NCBI GenBank assembly: GCA_041494685.1 | Contig: JBGQBE010000007.1 | Span: 1 to 64,000, forward strand | Reading direction: 5' to 3' | DNA length: 64,000 bases | Source: Dehalococcoidia bacterium | GTDB taxonomy: Bacteria > Chloroflexota > Dehalococcoidia > DSTF01 > JACRBR01 | Shown: piece by piece, positions 37,698-49,620 of the stretch | Position numbering within the stretch: the stretch's first letter is position 1 | Layout: each line of letters starts with the position of its first letter | Translations under genes and position numbers: made by a program | Notes under the pieces: generated by a model | Seen by the model: the letters and a program-made list of their open reading frames with translations, nothing else | What the model was told of the DNA's origin: nothing | Databases searched by the model: none

Positions 37698-37802
37698 AGC
37701 GGCAAGAATTCCGCCGTCTGGACAAGCCCGCTCGCCCCTTCCAAGCGGCAAGGCCGCGCTCGGGTGCGCGGCCCTGTCTTGTCCAGTCGATCTCCGGGCC
37801 CA

Positions 37803-38090
37803 TCAGTCGGCCGAGGGGAGCACCTTCGGCTGCATCAGCGCCATCGCCTCGCCGTTGTAGCGGAGGTCGCAGGCGCCCGGCTTGATGCACAGCGCCTCCA
37901 CCGACCCGTCCGCCGAGGTGTAGCGCTTGCCCAGCGCAATGTCGCCTCCGGCGCCGCCCGCGGCCGGCGGCCCGTCTTCCTTGAGGTTCAGCGGCGTGCC
38001 ACCGTCCTGCAGCGTGCCGTCGGCGCCCTTCGTCACGATGATCTCGGCGCCGCTTGCGGCGACGTACCGCTTGCCCACTTGCGCTGCCAT
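37803..38090 (-). CDS. Small protein with two tandem desulfoferrodoxin-N-like repeats lacking most Cys
   Basis: GKRY...GAEIIVTKG and GKRY...VEALCIKPG repeats, ends PKVLPSAD; GAGGAG RBS. Confidence 0.75.
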   Translation of the reverse strand: MAAQVGKRYVAASGAEIIVTKGADGTLQDGGTPLNLKEDGPPAAGGAGGDIALGKRYTSADGSVEALCIKPGACDLRYNGEAMALMQPKVLPSAD

Positions 38091-38180
38091 GCTTGTCTCC
38101 TCTGTCCTCGTCCTCGCAAGACAGGACGCGTCTACCAACGCGTCCTGCGAGATGAGTCTAGTTTCCGCGTTTTCCGTTCG

Positions 38181-39407
38181 TCAAGGCGTCGACGACGCCA
38201 CCGGCGTCGCCGACCCGGCCGCCGCCGCTGTCGGCGCAACGGTGCCGCTGGCTGCCGGAGTGCTCGCCGCGGGCGTCGCCGCCCCGCCGGCGCCTGCCGC
38301 CTGCACCGTCAGCGTGCCCTGCATCTGCGTGTGCACGTCGCACTGGTAGTAGTAGCTGCCGGCGTCCAGCGGCCCGAAGTTCAGCGTTTGCGTCACCACG
38401 CCCGTCGCGATCTCGGTGCCGGCGACCTTATCGCCCGTCGCGTCTTTCCCCTTGTAGATGGAGAAGTTATGCGGGATGCCGGCATCGTTGTTCTGCACGG
38501 TCAGCGTCAGCGGTACGCTTGCCGGCGCCAACAGCGTGTCCGTGTTCCAGGCGATAGCCGACGCGGTGATTGTCAGTTTGTCAGACGCCACTGCCGGTAC
38601 CGTGGCCACGGCCGACGCGGCGCGCTGCCCGCAGACCTGGGTGCTCGCACCGGTGACTGAGGGAGGATCCGGCGGTACCGGCGGCTTCAGCACCTGGGCG
38701 CCCGCATCGTGCGCCTTCGCTTTTGTCGTGCCCAGCGCGCGCGTGACCTCTACACTCTTGTTGTCCTTGTCCGGGTTTGCGGTGATCAACATGAGCTCGC
38801 CGTCGATCTCAATCCGCGACCCCTTCCCCAGGGGATCGATGAGGTTCAGGTAGACCGTCGTGGACGTGTCCGTCAGCCCCTGCGCCAGGGTCATGTGGTC
38901 GCTGTCGTAGCCGAGGATGTGATTCTTGTGGTCCCCGTGGACCGCCAATTCTTGCGCCTGATCCCAACCAGTGCCCTCGGTGATGAAGGTGGCGAGCTGG
39001 CGGATCTGGTCGTCGTTCAGGGTGCCGCCGTTGACGATCGCCCACGGTGGCATCGACTTGCCGATGCGGCCGCACGTGATCGTGTCGGTGACCAGCTTGA
39101 AGGCCAATGCCTTCGCCTGGGCGTCCACCTGTCCGGTCTTCAGATCCTTGCCCTGCAAGTCGTTCCGGCCGTTCAACGGCGGCGCCAGCTTCAGCCGGTT
39201 CGCCACGGCCCCGCCTTCGCCTTTGTCGCCGTGGCAGACGATGCAGTTCTGCGCGAACAGAAACGCGCCGCGCGTGATCGTCGACTCAAGCTGCGTGTCC
39301 TTCGCGTCGGCCGAGCGCGTCGGGTCCCACATCGTGTAGACACCGGTCGCGATGACGGCCGCGAACACGAGCGCGACGATGACGTTGATCTGCTTGCTTG
39401 TGTTCAT
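38181..39407 (-). CDS. Membrane-anchored cytochrome c fused to a beta-rich domain and a C-terminal cupredoxin
   Basis: N-terminal TM, CIVCH heme motif, distal Met (SMPPW), type-1 copper ligands PHNF...CDVHTQM. Confidence 0.88.
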   Translation of the reverse strand: MNTSKQINVIVALVFAAVIATGVYTMWDPTRSADAKDTQLESTITRGAFLFAQNCIVCHGDKGEGGAVANRLKLAPPLNGRNDLQGKDLKTGQVDAQAKALAFKLVTDTITCGRIGKSMPPWAIVNGGTLNDDQIRQLATFITEGTGWDQAQELAVHGDHKNHILGYDSDHMTLAQGLTDTSTTVYLNLIDPLGKGSRIEIDGELMLITANPDKDNKSVEVTRALGTTKAKAHDAGAQVLKPPVPPDPPSVTGASTQVCGQRAASAVATVPAVASDKLTITASAIAWNTDTLLAPASVPLTLTVQNNDAGIPHNFSIYKGKDATGDKVAGTEIATGVVTQTLNFGPLDAGSYYYQCDVHTQMQGTLTVQAAGAGGAATPAASTPAASGTVAPTAAAAGSATPVASSTP

Positions 39408-39444
39408 CCCAAACCTTTACAGGCGCTCGCAGTCCTCTCGCGGC

Positions 39445-40122
39445 CTACCCGGGCATAATCGCGCGGGACGGGTTTTCCGTGGTGCCGGTGACGATCTTGC
39501 CGGTGTTTACAGTGATCTTTCCGTCCTTGATCGTCATGGCGAACGTGTCCAGCGACCGCGGCGCCGGCCCGAAGACGCGCACGCCCGCATCGCTGTAGGT
39601 GGAGCCGTGACACGGGCAGAGGAACCAGCCTGCGTACGTCTCTCCGTTGCGCGGATCCTCGCGGGCGAAGTCGGGGCGGTACGGCACCGTGCAGCCCAGG
39701 TGTACGCACTTGTGGTAGATCGCAAGCACCGAGCCTTCCTGCGCGCCGGGGTTATGCTTTGCCTGGTCGGCATCGAACCGAACGATCCATGCCTTGGCGT
39801 CGAGGTTGTGCAGCTTCTTGCCCGGCTCGAGCTGGTCGATCGTGCCGACGAACACAGCGCTGCCGAAGCCGGTGATGCCGCGCGGGTAGAGCGAGTTCAG
39901 GATCGTCGTGACGATGCCCAGGACCATCGTGCCGAGCGCCGCCCAGAATCCGATCAGCAGCACCTTGCGGCGGGAGATCTGCGGCAGCGCCGGCCGCTCG
40001 GACGGCGACTGCACGACGATGACGCCGTGGCCCGCGGCCGCCGCGGCGACAGCTCCGCCCCCGGCTGCCACGCGCGCAGGCTTCGTTTCCGGTGCGGCCT
40101 TCTGCTCGGTCTCGTCAGGCAT
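39445..40122 (-). CDS. Rieske 2Fe-2S subunit of a Rieske/cytochrome b complex
   Basis: Tat-like SRRKVL plus TM, CVHLGC and CPCHGS boxes, GPAPRSL. Confidence 0.93.
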   Translation of the reverse strand: MPDETEQKAAPETKPARVAAGGGAVAAAAAGHGVIVVQSPSERPALPQISRRKVLLIGFWAALGTMVLGIVTTILNSLYPRGITGFGSAVFVGTIDQLEPGKKLHNLDAKAWIVRFDADQAKHNPGAQEGSVLAIYHKCVHLGCTVPYRPDFAREDPRNGETYAGWFLCPCHGSTYSDAGVRVFGPAPRSLDTFAMTIKDGKITVNTGKIVTGTTENPSRAIMPG

Positions 40123-41257
40123 GTATTCCACTTCCGGGATCTGCAAGTCCGTACTGCGGGGGATGCGGCAGCTGGTACCGGATCGATGGATCGTGCTCCA
40201 GGTTCGGCACCTTCCAGAACGGCACGAGTTGCTGCCCGCGTCCGCGGAACGCCGCGCCGATGATCGTCAGCGAGAGGTACACCATGATGAAGCCCGTAAA
40301 CAGCGCCAGGAACGCGTCCCGCATCGAGTTCATCATGTGGAGCTTGCGCAGGATGAGCAGCAGCGCGCCGCCTGCGATCAGGATCGCCGCGATCGGCATC
40401 ACGAACTCGGCCGTGAGCGCCGGGATGTTCAGGTCGGAGTCGTACCAATAGACGTGCGCCATCCAGCCGGGCATCCAGGTGGGCTTGCCCCAGTGCCAGA
40501 TCCACGTGCCGTTCAGCGGCACCGGCACCTGGCTGAAGTCCTTCGGCCAATCGAGCGAGCCGTCGTGTGCGCCGTTGCCGAACTGCAACGACTTCGGCAC
40601 GGGCAGGCTCCAGTGCCATTCGTCGCGGATCGCGACGCGGTTCTTCAAGAAGGCGAAATCCCAGATCGCCTTCCAGAGGTCGCCGAGCGGCCACCCGTCG
40701 AACGGATTCTTGTCACCGATCCACTTCGCCTTGCCGTCGAAGCCGTGGAACGGCCTGCCGATGATCGGCCAGTCCTTGAAGGTCAGCGGGAACTGCTTGT
40801 AGATGCGCACGTGCGCGCCATCGTCCCAGAGGATGCAGAACGGGATGACAAACGCGGAGTAGATGGCGCTGAAGATCGTGATGCGGAGGGCGTTCGGTGT
40901 GGCGAACCAGCCGCCCTGTCCCTCGTTGCTGCGGTCGAGGTACGGGATCGCCATCAGGACGATCAGGGCCACCGTCGGTACGGTGACGCCGGCGAGGCCC
41001 TTGTCCATGTGCAGGAGCAGCTCCTGCAGGTTCATCAGGTACCACGGCGCCTTCGACGGGTTAGGCGTAATGTTTGCGTTCGCGCGGTTCAGGAGCGGCG
41101 CGTTCAGCACGGTCGACAGCACCACGAACGCGATCGTGAACACCATCGCGGCGATGAACTCGATGAAGACGAGATCGGGCCAGACCAGCAGCTCCTGGTC
41201 GCGCTCACGCTTCTGCCGGACCGACTCGCGATCGGCCGTTGGAGTAGCTACCGCCAT
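40115..41257 (-). CDS. Cytochrome b C-terminal / subunit IV-like protein with large Trp/Pro-rich insertion
   Basis: WPDL, APL..AN...TPNPSKAPWYL (PEWY-equivalent), IPYLDR, C-terminal LTIIGAAFRG. Confidence 0.85.
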   Translation of the reverse strand: MAVATPTADRESVRQKRERDQELLVWPDLVFIEFIAAMVFTIAFVVLSTVLNAPLLNRANANITPNPSKAPWYLMNLQELLLHMDKGLAGVTVPTVALIVLMAIPYLDRSNEGQGGWFATPNALRITIFSAIYSAFVIPFCILWDDGAHVRIYKQFPLTFKDWPIIGRPFHGFDGKAKWIGDKNPFDGWPLGDLWKAIWDFAFLKNRVAIRDEWHWSLPVPKSLQFGNGAHDGSLDWPKDFSQVPVPLNGTWIWHWGKPTWMPGWMAHVYWYDSDLNIPALTAEFVMPIAAILIAGGALLLILRKLHMMNSMRDAFLALFTGFIMVYLSLTIIGAAFRGRGQQLVPFWKVPNLEHDPSIRYQLPHPPQYGLADPGSGIHA

Positions 41258-41275
41258 GGTTCTTCTACCTCCAAC

Positions 41276-42031
41276 CTACAGCGGTCGCGCCAGGCCGCCG
41301 TCGCGGCGGATGCGCCAGAAATGGACCGACATGAAGATCGCGGCCAGTAGCGGCAGCCCGATGACATGCAACGTGTAGAACCGTATGAGCGCGTTCGGGC
41401 CCACCTCGAATCCACCGATCAGCACGAACCTGGTCTGGCCGCCCAGTATGGGCGCCGAACCCGCGATGTTCGTTCCGACGGTGATGGCCCACAGTGCCAG
41501 TTGGTCCCAGGGCAGCAGGTAGCCCGTGAACGAGAGCAGCAGCGTCAGCACCAGCAAGATCACGCCGACGACCCAGTTGAACTCCCGCGGCGGCTTGTAC
41601 GCGCCCATGTAGAACACGCGCATCATGTGCAGCAGCACGGTGATCACCATCGCGTGCGCCATCCAGCGGTGGAGGTTGCGGATCAGCATGCCGAAGCGGA
41701 CCTGCGTCTCCAGCGTGGCAACGTCGCCGTACGCGCGGTCAACCGACGGCACGTAGTAGAACATCAGCATCACGCCGGTGACCGTGAGCCCCAGGAACAT
41801 GAAGAAGCTCAGGCCGCCCAAGCAGTAGGTGTGCGTGATCTTGACGTGCGTCTTGTGGATGCGCGTCGGGTGCAGGTGCAGGAAGACGTTTGTGGCGATC
41901 GCCAGCATCTGGTTCCGCGGCGTGTTCGGATAGCCCGAACGGAACACCGAGCGCCAGAGGTAGTTATGGAACAGCTTGTCGTAGAGAAAATCGCCGAGCC
42001 CTGGACCCTTCGGCCGCTCCGAAACGGACAT
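41276..42031 (-). CDS. Cytochrome b6-like N-terminal cytochrome b subunit
   Basis: [48 protein letters not shown]...HF. Confidence 0.93.
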   Translation of the reverse strand: MSVSERPKGPGLGDFLYDKLFHNYLWRSVFRSGYPNTPRNQMLAIATNVFLHLHPTRIHKTHVKITHTYCLGGLSFFMFLGLTVTGVMLMFYYVPSVDRAYGDVATLETQVRFGMLIRNLHRWMAHAMVITVLLHMMRVFYMGAYKPPREFNWVVGVILLVLTLLLSFTGYLLPWDQLALWAITVGTNIAGSAPILGGQTRFVLIGGFEVGPNALIRFYTLHVIGLPLLAAIFMSVHFWRIRRDGGLARPL

Positions 42032-42048
42032 CCCCTATGCTCCCTCTG

Positions 42049-42204
42049 CTACCGCGACCACCACTGCCCCAGGACCACCATGATGCCGAACGAAATGGCC
42101 ATCGTAAGGGCGACGAAGACGAGTTCTCCGAAGTCCGTGGTGCCCGACGGCGGCCAGGTCAGGTGCGGGATCTCAAGAAGCAGCGCTGCTAGCGGGGTGA
42201 GCAT
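42049..42204 (-). CDS. 51-aa single-TM protein, first gene of the cytochrome b operon (not in ORF track)
   Basis: MLTPLAALLLEIPHLTWPPSGTTDFGELVFVALTMAISFGIMVVLGQWWSR; GGGAG RBS; stop 17 nt before the cytochrome b start. Confidence 0.7.
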   Translation of the reverse strand: MLTPLAALLLEIPHLTWPPSGTTDFGELVFVALTMAISFGIMVVLGQWWSR

Positions 42205-42276
42205 TCGAGACTCCCGGCGCGTGCGCGGCGGACGGCCGCCGCCGCAGCGCTGTTTGTGAATATCGTTTCAAGCGGG

Positions 42277-42306
42277 AATCTAGCACCGGCCCCTAGCTAG
42301 TGTCAA
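42277..42306 (-). promoter_or_regulatory. Sigma-70 promoter of the Rieske/cytochrome b operon
   Basis: TTGACA-N18-TAGATT with extended TG. Confidence 0.65.
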
Positions 42307-42428
42307 GCCAAACCGGGCTCCGCCCGGCTTCGCACGGAGCGCCATCAACGCGCCGGCGATCGCGCACCGCTTGCACGCTCCGAAGGGCGACGCAGCGCGC
42401 TCAACAACTGTTTTCGGCGACGCTTGTG

Positions 42429-43436
42429 TCAGACCAGGAGCTTCTCCAGGATCTTCCCCATCTCCGCCGCATCGCGGCCCGGCATGCCGATAAGCGGCAG
42501 ATCGACGCCAAGCGCGCGACGCTCGTCCATCTCTTCCTTGCAGCGGTCCAGCGGGCCGACCACGGCCGTCTGATCCAGCATGCGGTCCGAAACGCCGGCC
42601 GCGGCGGCCCTGGGGTCGCGGGCGGCCCAGCCCGCCTTGATCTTCGCCACTTCTTCCTCGAAGCCGTGCCGTTCCAGCATCTCGTAGTAGTACGTGCCCA
42701 TCCGGCCCACGTAGAACGCGATGGGGCCCCGTGCCTGCATGCGCATCTGCTCGTCGCTGCCCGCCTCCGTGATCTGCACGACGAGCGACGGCGCGACGGT
42801 GATCTGGTCGCGCGTCTTGCCCGCCTTCTTCGCGCCCTCCATCACGATGTCCACGCCCTCGCGGATCTTGTCCTTCGGCCAGTAGATCGGGATCCAGCCG
42901 TCCGATACCTCGCCCGTCTGCACCATGCTCTTCGGCGTGATCGATGCGATGAACGTCGGGATGTGGTCGCGGAACGTCGGGAACTGCATGGTGAAGCCGC
43001 GCGCCAGGTGGAAGACCTTCCCGTCGTAGTTCAGCTTCTCCTGCCGCATGATCATGTTGATGATCTCGATGTACTCGCGCAGCCGCGTCGCCGGCTTCTC
43101 GAACGGCACGCCGTGCCAGTGCTCGATCACGTTCTTGCCGCTGCTGCCCAGGCCGATGATCGCGCGCCCCTGCGACAGCTCGTCGAGCGTCGCGAACGTC
43201 ATCGCCAGCACCGCCGGCGTCCGGCTGAACACGTTCACGATCGCCGTCCCGAGCTGGATCTTCTTCGTCGTCAGCGCCAGCTGCGTCAGCATGCTGAACG
43301 CGTCGCGCCCCCACGCCTCCGCCACCCACACCGACTCCACGCCCAGGTCGTCCGCGATCTGCACGCGTTTCACCAGGTCTTCGCGCTCCGTCGGGCTGCC
43401 CGCGAAGCCGATCTGCAAGCCAAGACGCTTCGTCAT
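42429..43436 (-). CDS. LLM-class (probably F420-dependent) oxidoreductase
   Basis: WVAEAWGRDA, LGTAI, GRAIIGLGSSG, WHGVPF. Confidence 0.88.
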   Translation of the reverse strand: MTKRLGLQIGFAGSPTEREDLVKRVQIADDLGVESVWVAEAWGRDAFSMLTQLALTTKKIQLGTAIVNVFSRTPAVLAMTFATLDELSQGRAIIGLGSSGKNVIEHWHGVPFEKPATRLREYIEIINMIMRQEKLNYDGKVFHLARGFTMQFPTFRDHIPTFIASITPKSMVQTGEVSDGWIPIYWPKDKIREGVDIVMEGAKKAGKTRDQITVAPSLVVQITEAGSDEQMRMQARGPIAFYVGRMGTYYYEMLERHGFEEEVAKIKAGWAARDPRAAAAGVSDRMLDQTAVVGPLDRCKEEMDERRALGVDLPLIGMPGRDAAEMGKILEKLLV

Positions 43437-43545
43437 CTCATCCGGTCCTTCCGTGATCGGTCCACCGCGACCCACGCAGCGGCCCCGCGATCATCGCCGC
43501 GCGCCGCGCTACGGTCAACGTACGCACAGTGCTAGGATGCCGCCG

Positions 43546-44268
43546 ATGCACGTAGAGATCGTGGCGGATGGGTCAGCGGTCGCGGCGCGGGCCGCGGATA
43601 TCATCTGCGGAGCTGTGCGCGCAACGCCGGCCGCCGTGCTGGGTCTGCCCACCGGCGGCACGCCGGTCGCCACCTACGCCGAGATCGCTCGCCGCGTCGC
43701 CGCCGACGAGGCCGACCTCTCCCGCGCCACCGCATTCGCGATTGACGAGTTCGCCGGCTGCACGGCCGAGACCCCCGGCACGAACGCCGCCTTCCTCCGC
43801 GACTTCGTGCGCTTCCCCCTCCGCGCGCTCCGCTGCCCCGATCCCGCCGCGGCCGATCCCGATGCCTACATCCGCGCGTTCGCCGACGAGGTCCGCGCCG
43901 CCGGCGGATTCGATCTCTGCGTCCTCGGCATCGGCGAGACGGGCCACGTCGCGTTTAACGAGCCGGGCGCCGCGCGCGACTCCCGCGCCCGCACCGTGGC
44001 GCTCACGGAGACGTCGCGGCAGGCGCACGCCGCCAACTTCGGGACGATCGATCGCGTCCCCCTGCGCGGCATGACCCTCGGCATCGCGGATCTGATGGAG
44101 GCACGGGCGCTGCTCGTGCTGGCGCAGGGCGCGCACAAGTCCGCCATCGTGCACGCGGCGATCGACGGCCCCCCCACGCCCGACGTGCCGGCTTCGTGGC
44201 TGAGAGATCAGGTGGACGTGACCTGGCTGCTCGATACCGCGGCCGCGTCCGAACTCGCCCGCCGCTAA
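43546..44268 (+). CDS. nagB: Glucosamine-6-phosphate deaminase family protein
   Basis: LGLPTGGTP, IDEF, LGIGETGHVAFNEPG, VPASWL; TAGGAT 7 nt before ATG. Confidence 0.85.
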   Translation: MHVEIVADGSAVAARAADIICGAVRATPAAVLGLPTGGTPVATYAEIARRVAADEADLSRATAFAIDEFAGCTAETPGTNAAFLRDFVRFPLRALRCPDPAAADPDAYIRAFADEVRAAGGFDLCVLGIGETGHVAFNEPGAARDSRARTVALTETSRQAHAANFGTIDRVPLRGMTLGIADLMEARALLVLAQGAHKSAIVHAAIDGPPTPDVPASWLRDQVDVTWLLDTAAASELARR

Positions 44269-45176
44269 GTCGGCCCGGCGCCCGCCAGCGCGAAGCGCGC
44301 CCGCTCCCACGCCAGGCGCAGGGCGCCGTTCGTCGCGGCGACTCCCGCGATCACCAGCACGAGCCCGATGACGAGGTTCGGCCCGACCGATTCGCCAAGC
44401 AGCAGCCAACCCAGCGCCGTCGCGACCACCGGCACCAGGTACGTCACCACCGCCACCTGCGTCGCCGTCATGCTCTGCACCAGCGTGAAGAAGATCACGT
44501 ATGCCAGTCCCGACGACAGCAGCCCCAGCGCCAGCCACGAAGCACCCGCCTCCGCCGAGATACCGAAATCCGGCCGGCCATCGATCACCAGCGCCAGCGG
44601 CGCGGCCATCATCACCCCGAAGATCATCTGGCCGCTGGCCAGCGACAGCGGCGCGCCGCGCGACGTTTGCCGCGCCACCACCGTCGAGATCGCGTAGCAG
44701 GCCGACGCGGCGATCACGGCGAACTCCGCGAGCGTGTTTGAGTCCGTCAGGTCCGTGACGTCCGCGCCGATCAGCACCGCCGTGCCGACGAAGCCGATGA
44801 TCAGCCCCGCCACCTTCTCGGTGCTGGGCCGCTCGGTCCGCCCCGCCACCGCGAAGATCAGCGTGAAGAGCGGCATCGTGGCGACGAGCGTCGCGGCCAG
44901 ACTGCCGCTCACGTGCTGCTCCGCCGCCGTGATCAACGAGAACGGGAGCACGTTGTTGAACGCGGAGAGGAAGATCAGCGCCGGCCACGCCCTCCGCGGC
45001 GGCATGATGCCGCCCCGTCGCGCCGCCAGCGGCGCCAGCACGAGCGCGGCGATCGCCAGCCGTCCGGCCACCACCGTCACCGGCGGCACGTCGCGCACCA
45101 CCACGCGGATGAACAGGAACGCGCCGCCCCAGATCGCGCTCAGGACCAGCATGGCGGCGATCTGGCCGGGTTTCAC
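44265..45176 (-). CDS. EamA/DMT family transporter
   Basis: IWGGAFLF, two EamA repeats, YLVPVVA..LG..LLGE; AAGGAG RBS before GTG 45176. Confidence 0.9.
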   Translation of the reverse strand: MKPGQIAAMLVLSAIWGGAFLFIRVVVRDVPPVTVVAGRLAIAALVLAPLAARRGGIMPPRRAWPALIFLSAFNNVLPFSLITAAEQHVSGSLAATLVATMPLFTLIFAVAGRTERPSTEKVAGLIIGFVGTAVLIGADVTDLTDSNTLAEFAVIAASACYAISTVVARQTSRGAPLSLASGQMIFGVMMAAPLALVIDGRPDFGISAEAGASWLALGLLSSGLAYVIFFTLVQSMTATQVAVVTYLVPVVATALGWLLLGESVGPNLVIGLVLVIAGVAATNGALRLAWERARFALAGAGPT

Positions 45177-45213
45177 GATGCTGCTCCTTCGTACGCCTGC
45201 GGCTATCATCCCA

Positions 45214-45867
45214 TTGTCGCGGACGCGCACCAGAAGGGACACTCCGATTCTTGCGATCGCCGGCCTCTACCTGATCATCGACCCCGACGCGTGCCGCGGC
45301 CGCGCGCCGCTCGATATCGCGCGCCTCGCGATCGAGGGCGGTGCGCGCGTCATCCAGTGGCGCGACAAGCGGCGCGATAAAGGCGATCAGCTCCCGGACG
45401 CGCGCGCGATCGCGGCGCTGTGCCATGATCGCGGCATCCTGCTCGTCGCGAACGACCACGCTGATTTCGCGCTGGCCTGCGGCGCAGACGGCGTGCACCT
45501 GGGCCAGCACGATCTGCCGATCGCCGCGGTGCGGCCGATCGTCGGAGATGATTTCGTGATAGGCGTTTCGACGAACAATGCGCACGAGGCGCTCGCTGCG
45601 CAGGCCGCCGGCGCGGACTACGTCGCCGTCGGCGCGATCTTCGCCACCGCATCGAAGGAGACCACGCGCCCCGCGAGCCTCGACCGCCTGCGCGACGTGA
45701 AGGAGGCCGTGCGCTTGCCCGTCGTCGCGATCGGCGGCATCAACGCCGCGAACATCGCGGACGTTGTCGCCGCCGGCGCGGACGCCGCCGCCGTGATCAG
45801 CGCCGTCTGCGCGGCGGACGATCCGCGCGCCGCCGCCGCCGCGCTGGCGGCCGCGTTCGCTCGATAA
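45214..45867 (+). CDS. thiE: Thiamine-phosphate synthase (start uncertain: TTG 45214 or ATT 45247)
   Basis: LYLIID, IQWRDK, ANDH, GVHLGQHDL, GVST, VVAIGGI. Confidence 0.9.
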   Translation: MSRTRTRRDTPILAIAGLYLIIDPDACRGRAPLDIARLAIEGGARVIQWRDKRRDKGDQLPDARAIAALCHDRGILLVANDHADFALACGADGVHLGQHDLPIAAVRPIVGDDFVIGVSTNNAHEALAAQAAGADYVAVGAIFATASKETTRPASLDRLRDVKEAVRLPVVAIGGINAANIADVVAAGADAAAVISAVCAADDPRAAAAALAAAFAR

Positions 45868-45888
45868 CCGAAGCGAGACGGATGGGGA

Positions 45889-46641
45889 CTACGCCCGGTG
45901 CACCGACAGGGCGCGGAGAGCCTTCGTCGCGACGTCGATCAGCTGCGGCGGGATCTCCCACGCGCCGAACGACCAGCCGCGGAACTCGCGGAACGCGTCG
46001 AAGTCGATGGCGTAGACGTTGCGGCGGCCGTCGCGCGTCCGCGTGACGATCCCCTCCGCCTCCATCTGGTTCGTGAGCGCGACGATGGCGCGCTCCGTCA
46101 GTCCGACCGAAGCGGAAAGCTCGCGCACGGTGCGCGTGTGGTCGCGCGAGATCGCCAGCAAGACCAGCATGTGGTTCGTGAAAAACCCGAACGTGCCGAC
46201 GCGCTCTTCCAGCTCGTGTTCGGGCAGGCGATCGACCGGCGCGACGTGCGCTTCGGCGCGATCCTTGCCGATCTCGAACAGCGTCTTCACGATGCCGTCC
46301 ACGAACAGCCGCGGCGTCAGCGGCGACGACGATCCGCCTCGCCGCACCGCGCTCAGGCGGCCGAAATTCACCGAATACGTGTTGCGCCGCCCGTCGCGAT
46401 GGCGGTCGACGATCCCGTCCTCGTCCAGGTCCCGCAGGATCGCCAGCGTCGCCCGCTCGGTGATCCCGACGTCCGCCGAGACGGCTCGGACCGTCGATTC
46501 CGGATGCAGCACGACGTAGACCAGGACGATCGCGTGGTTGGTCAGGAAGCCCCAGCGCGCGCGGGTGGCGGCGATGCGGGGGCTCACGGCGGTACTGGTG
46601 CTGCGTGATTCAGGAATAGCTTCACCTGTTATGCTCTTCAT
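45889..46641 (-). CDS. Tandem winged-helix (MarR/AsnC-like) regulator
   Basis: Two copies of F(L/F)TNH..VL...G(I/L)TERA...GIV.R.RDGRRN.Y. Confidence 0.8.
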   Translation of the reverse strand: MKSITGEAIPESRSTSTAVSPRIAATRARWGFLTNHAIVLVYVVLHPESTVRAVSADVGITERATLAILRDLDEDGIVDRHRDGRRNTYSVNFGRLSAVRRGGSSSPLTPRLFVDGIVKTLFEIGKDRAEAHVAPVDRLPEHELEERVGTFGFFTNHMLVLLAISRDHTRTVRELSASVGLTERAIVALTNQMEAEGIVTRTRDGRRNVYAIDFDAFREFRGWSFGAWEIPPQLIDVATKALRALSVHRA

Positions 46642-46832
46642 GGATTCCCATTCTGCGCCTGGCTCCGTCTGCCTGACAACCCCCCAATTTCGCCCGGATC
46701 ACGCCTTCCGCGCCTCGGCTTCGCCTAAGCGCGCGCAGCTTTACAATGAGGGCAACATCTCGCTCGGACCTGGCCGCCCAGAGCGGGCCTCCCGCCCGGC
46801 ATTCCCGCCCGCGGCCTTGAAGGGAGCTTCCC

Positions 46833-49592
<2,760 letters not shown>

Positions 49593-49620
49593 CCGCAACC
49601 GGCAACACAGGAGGCGAGAC

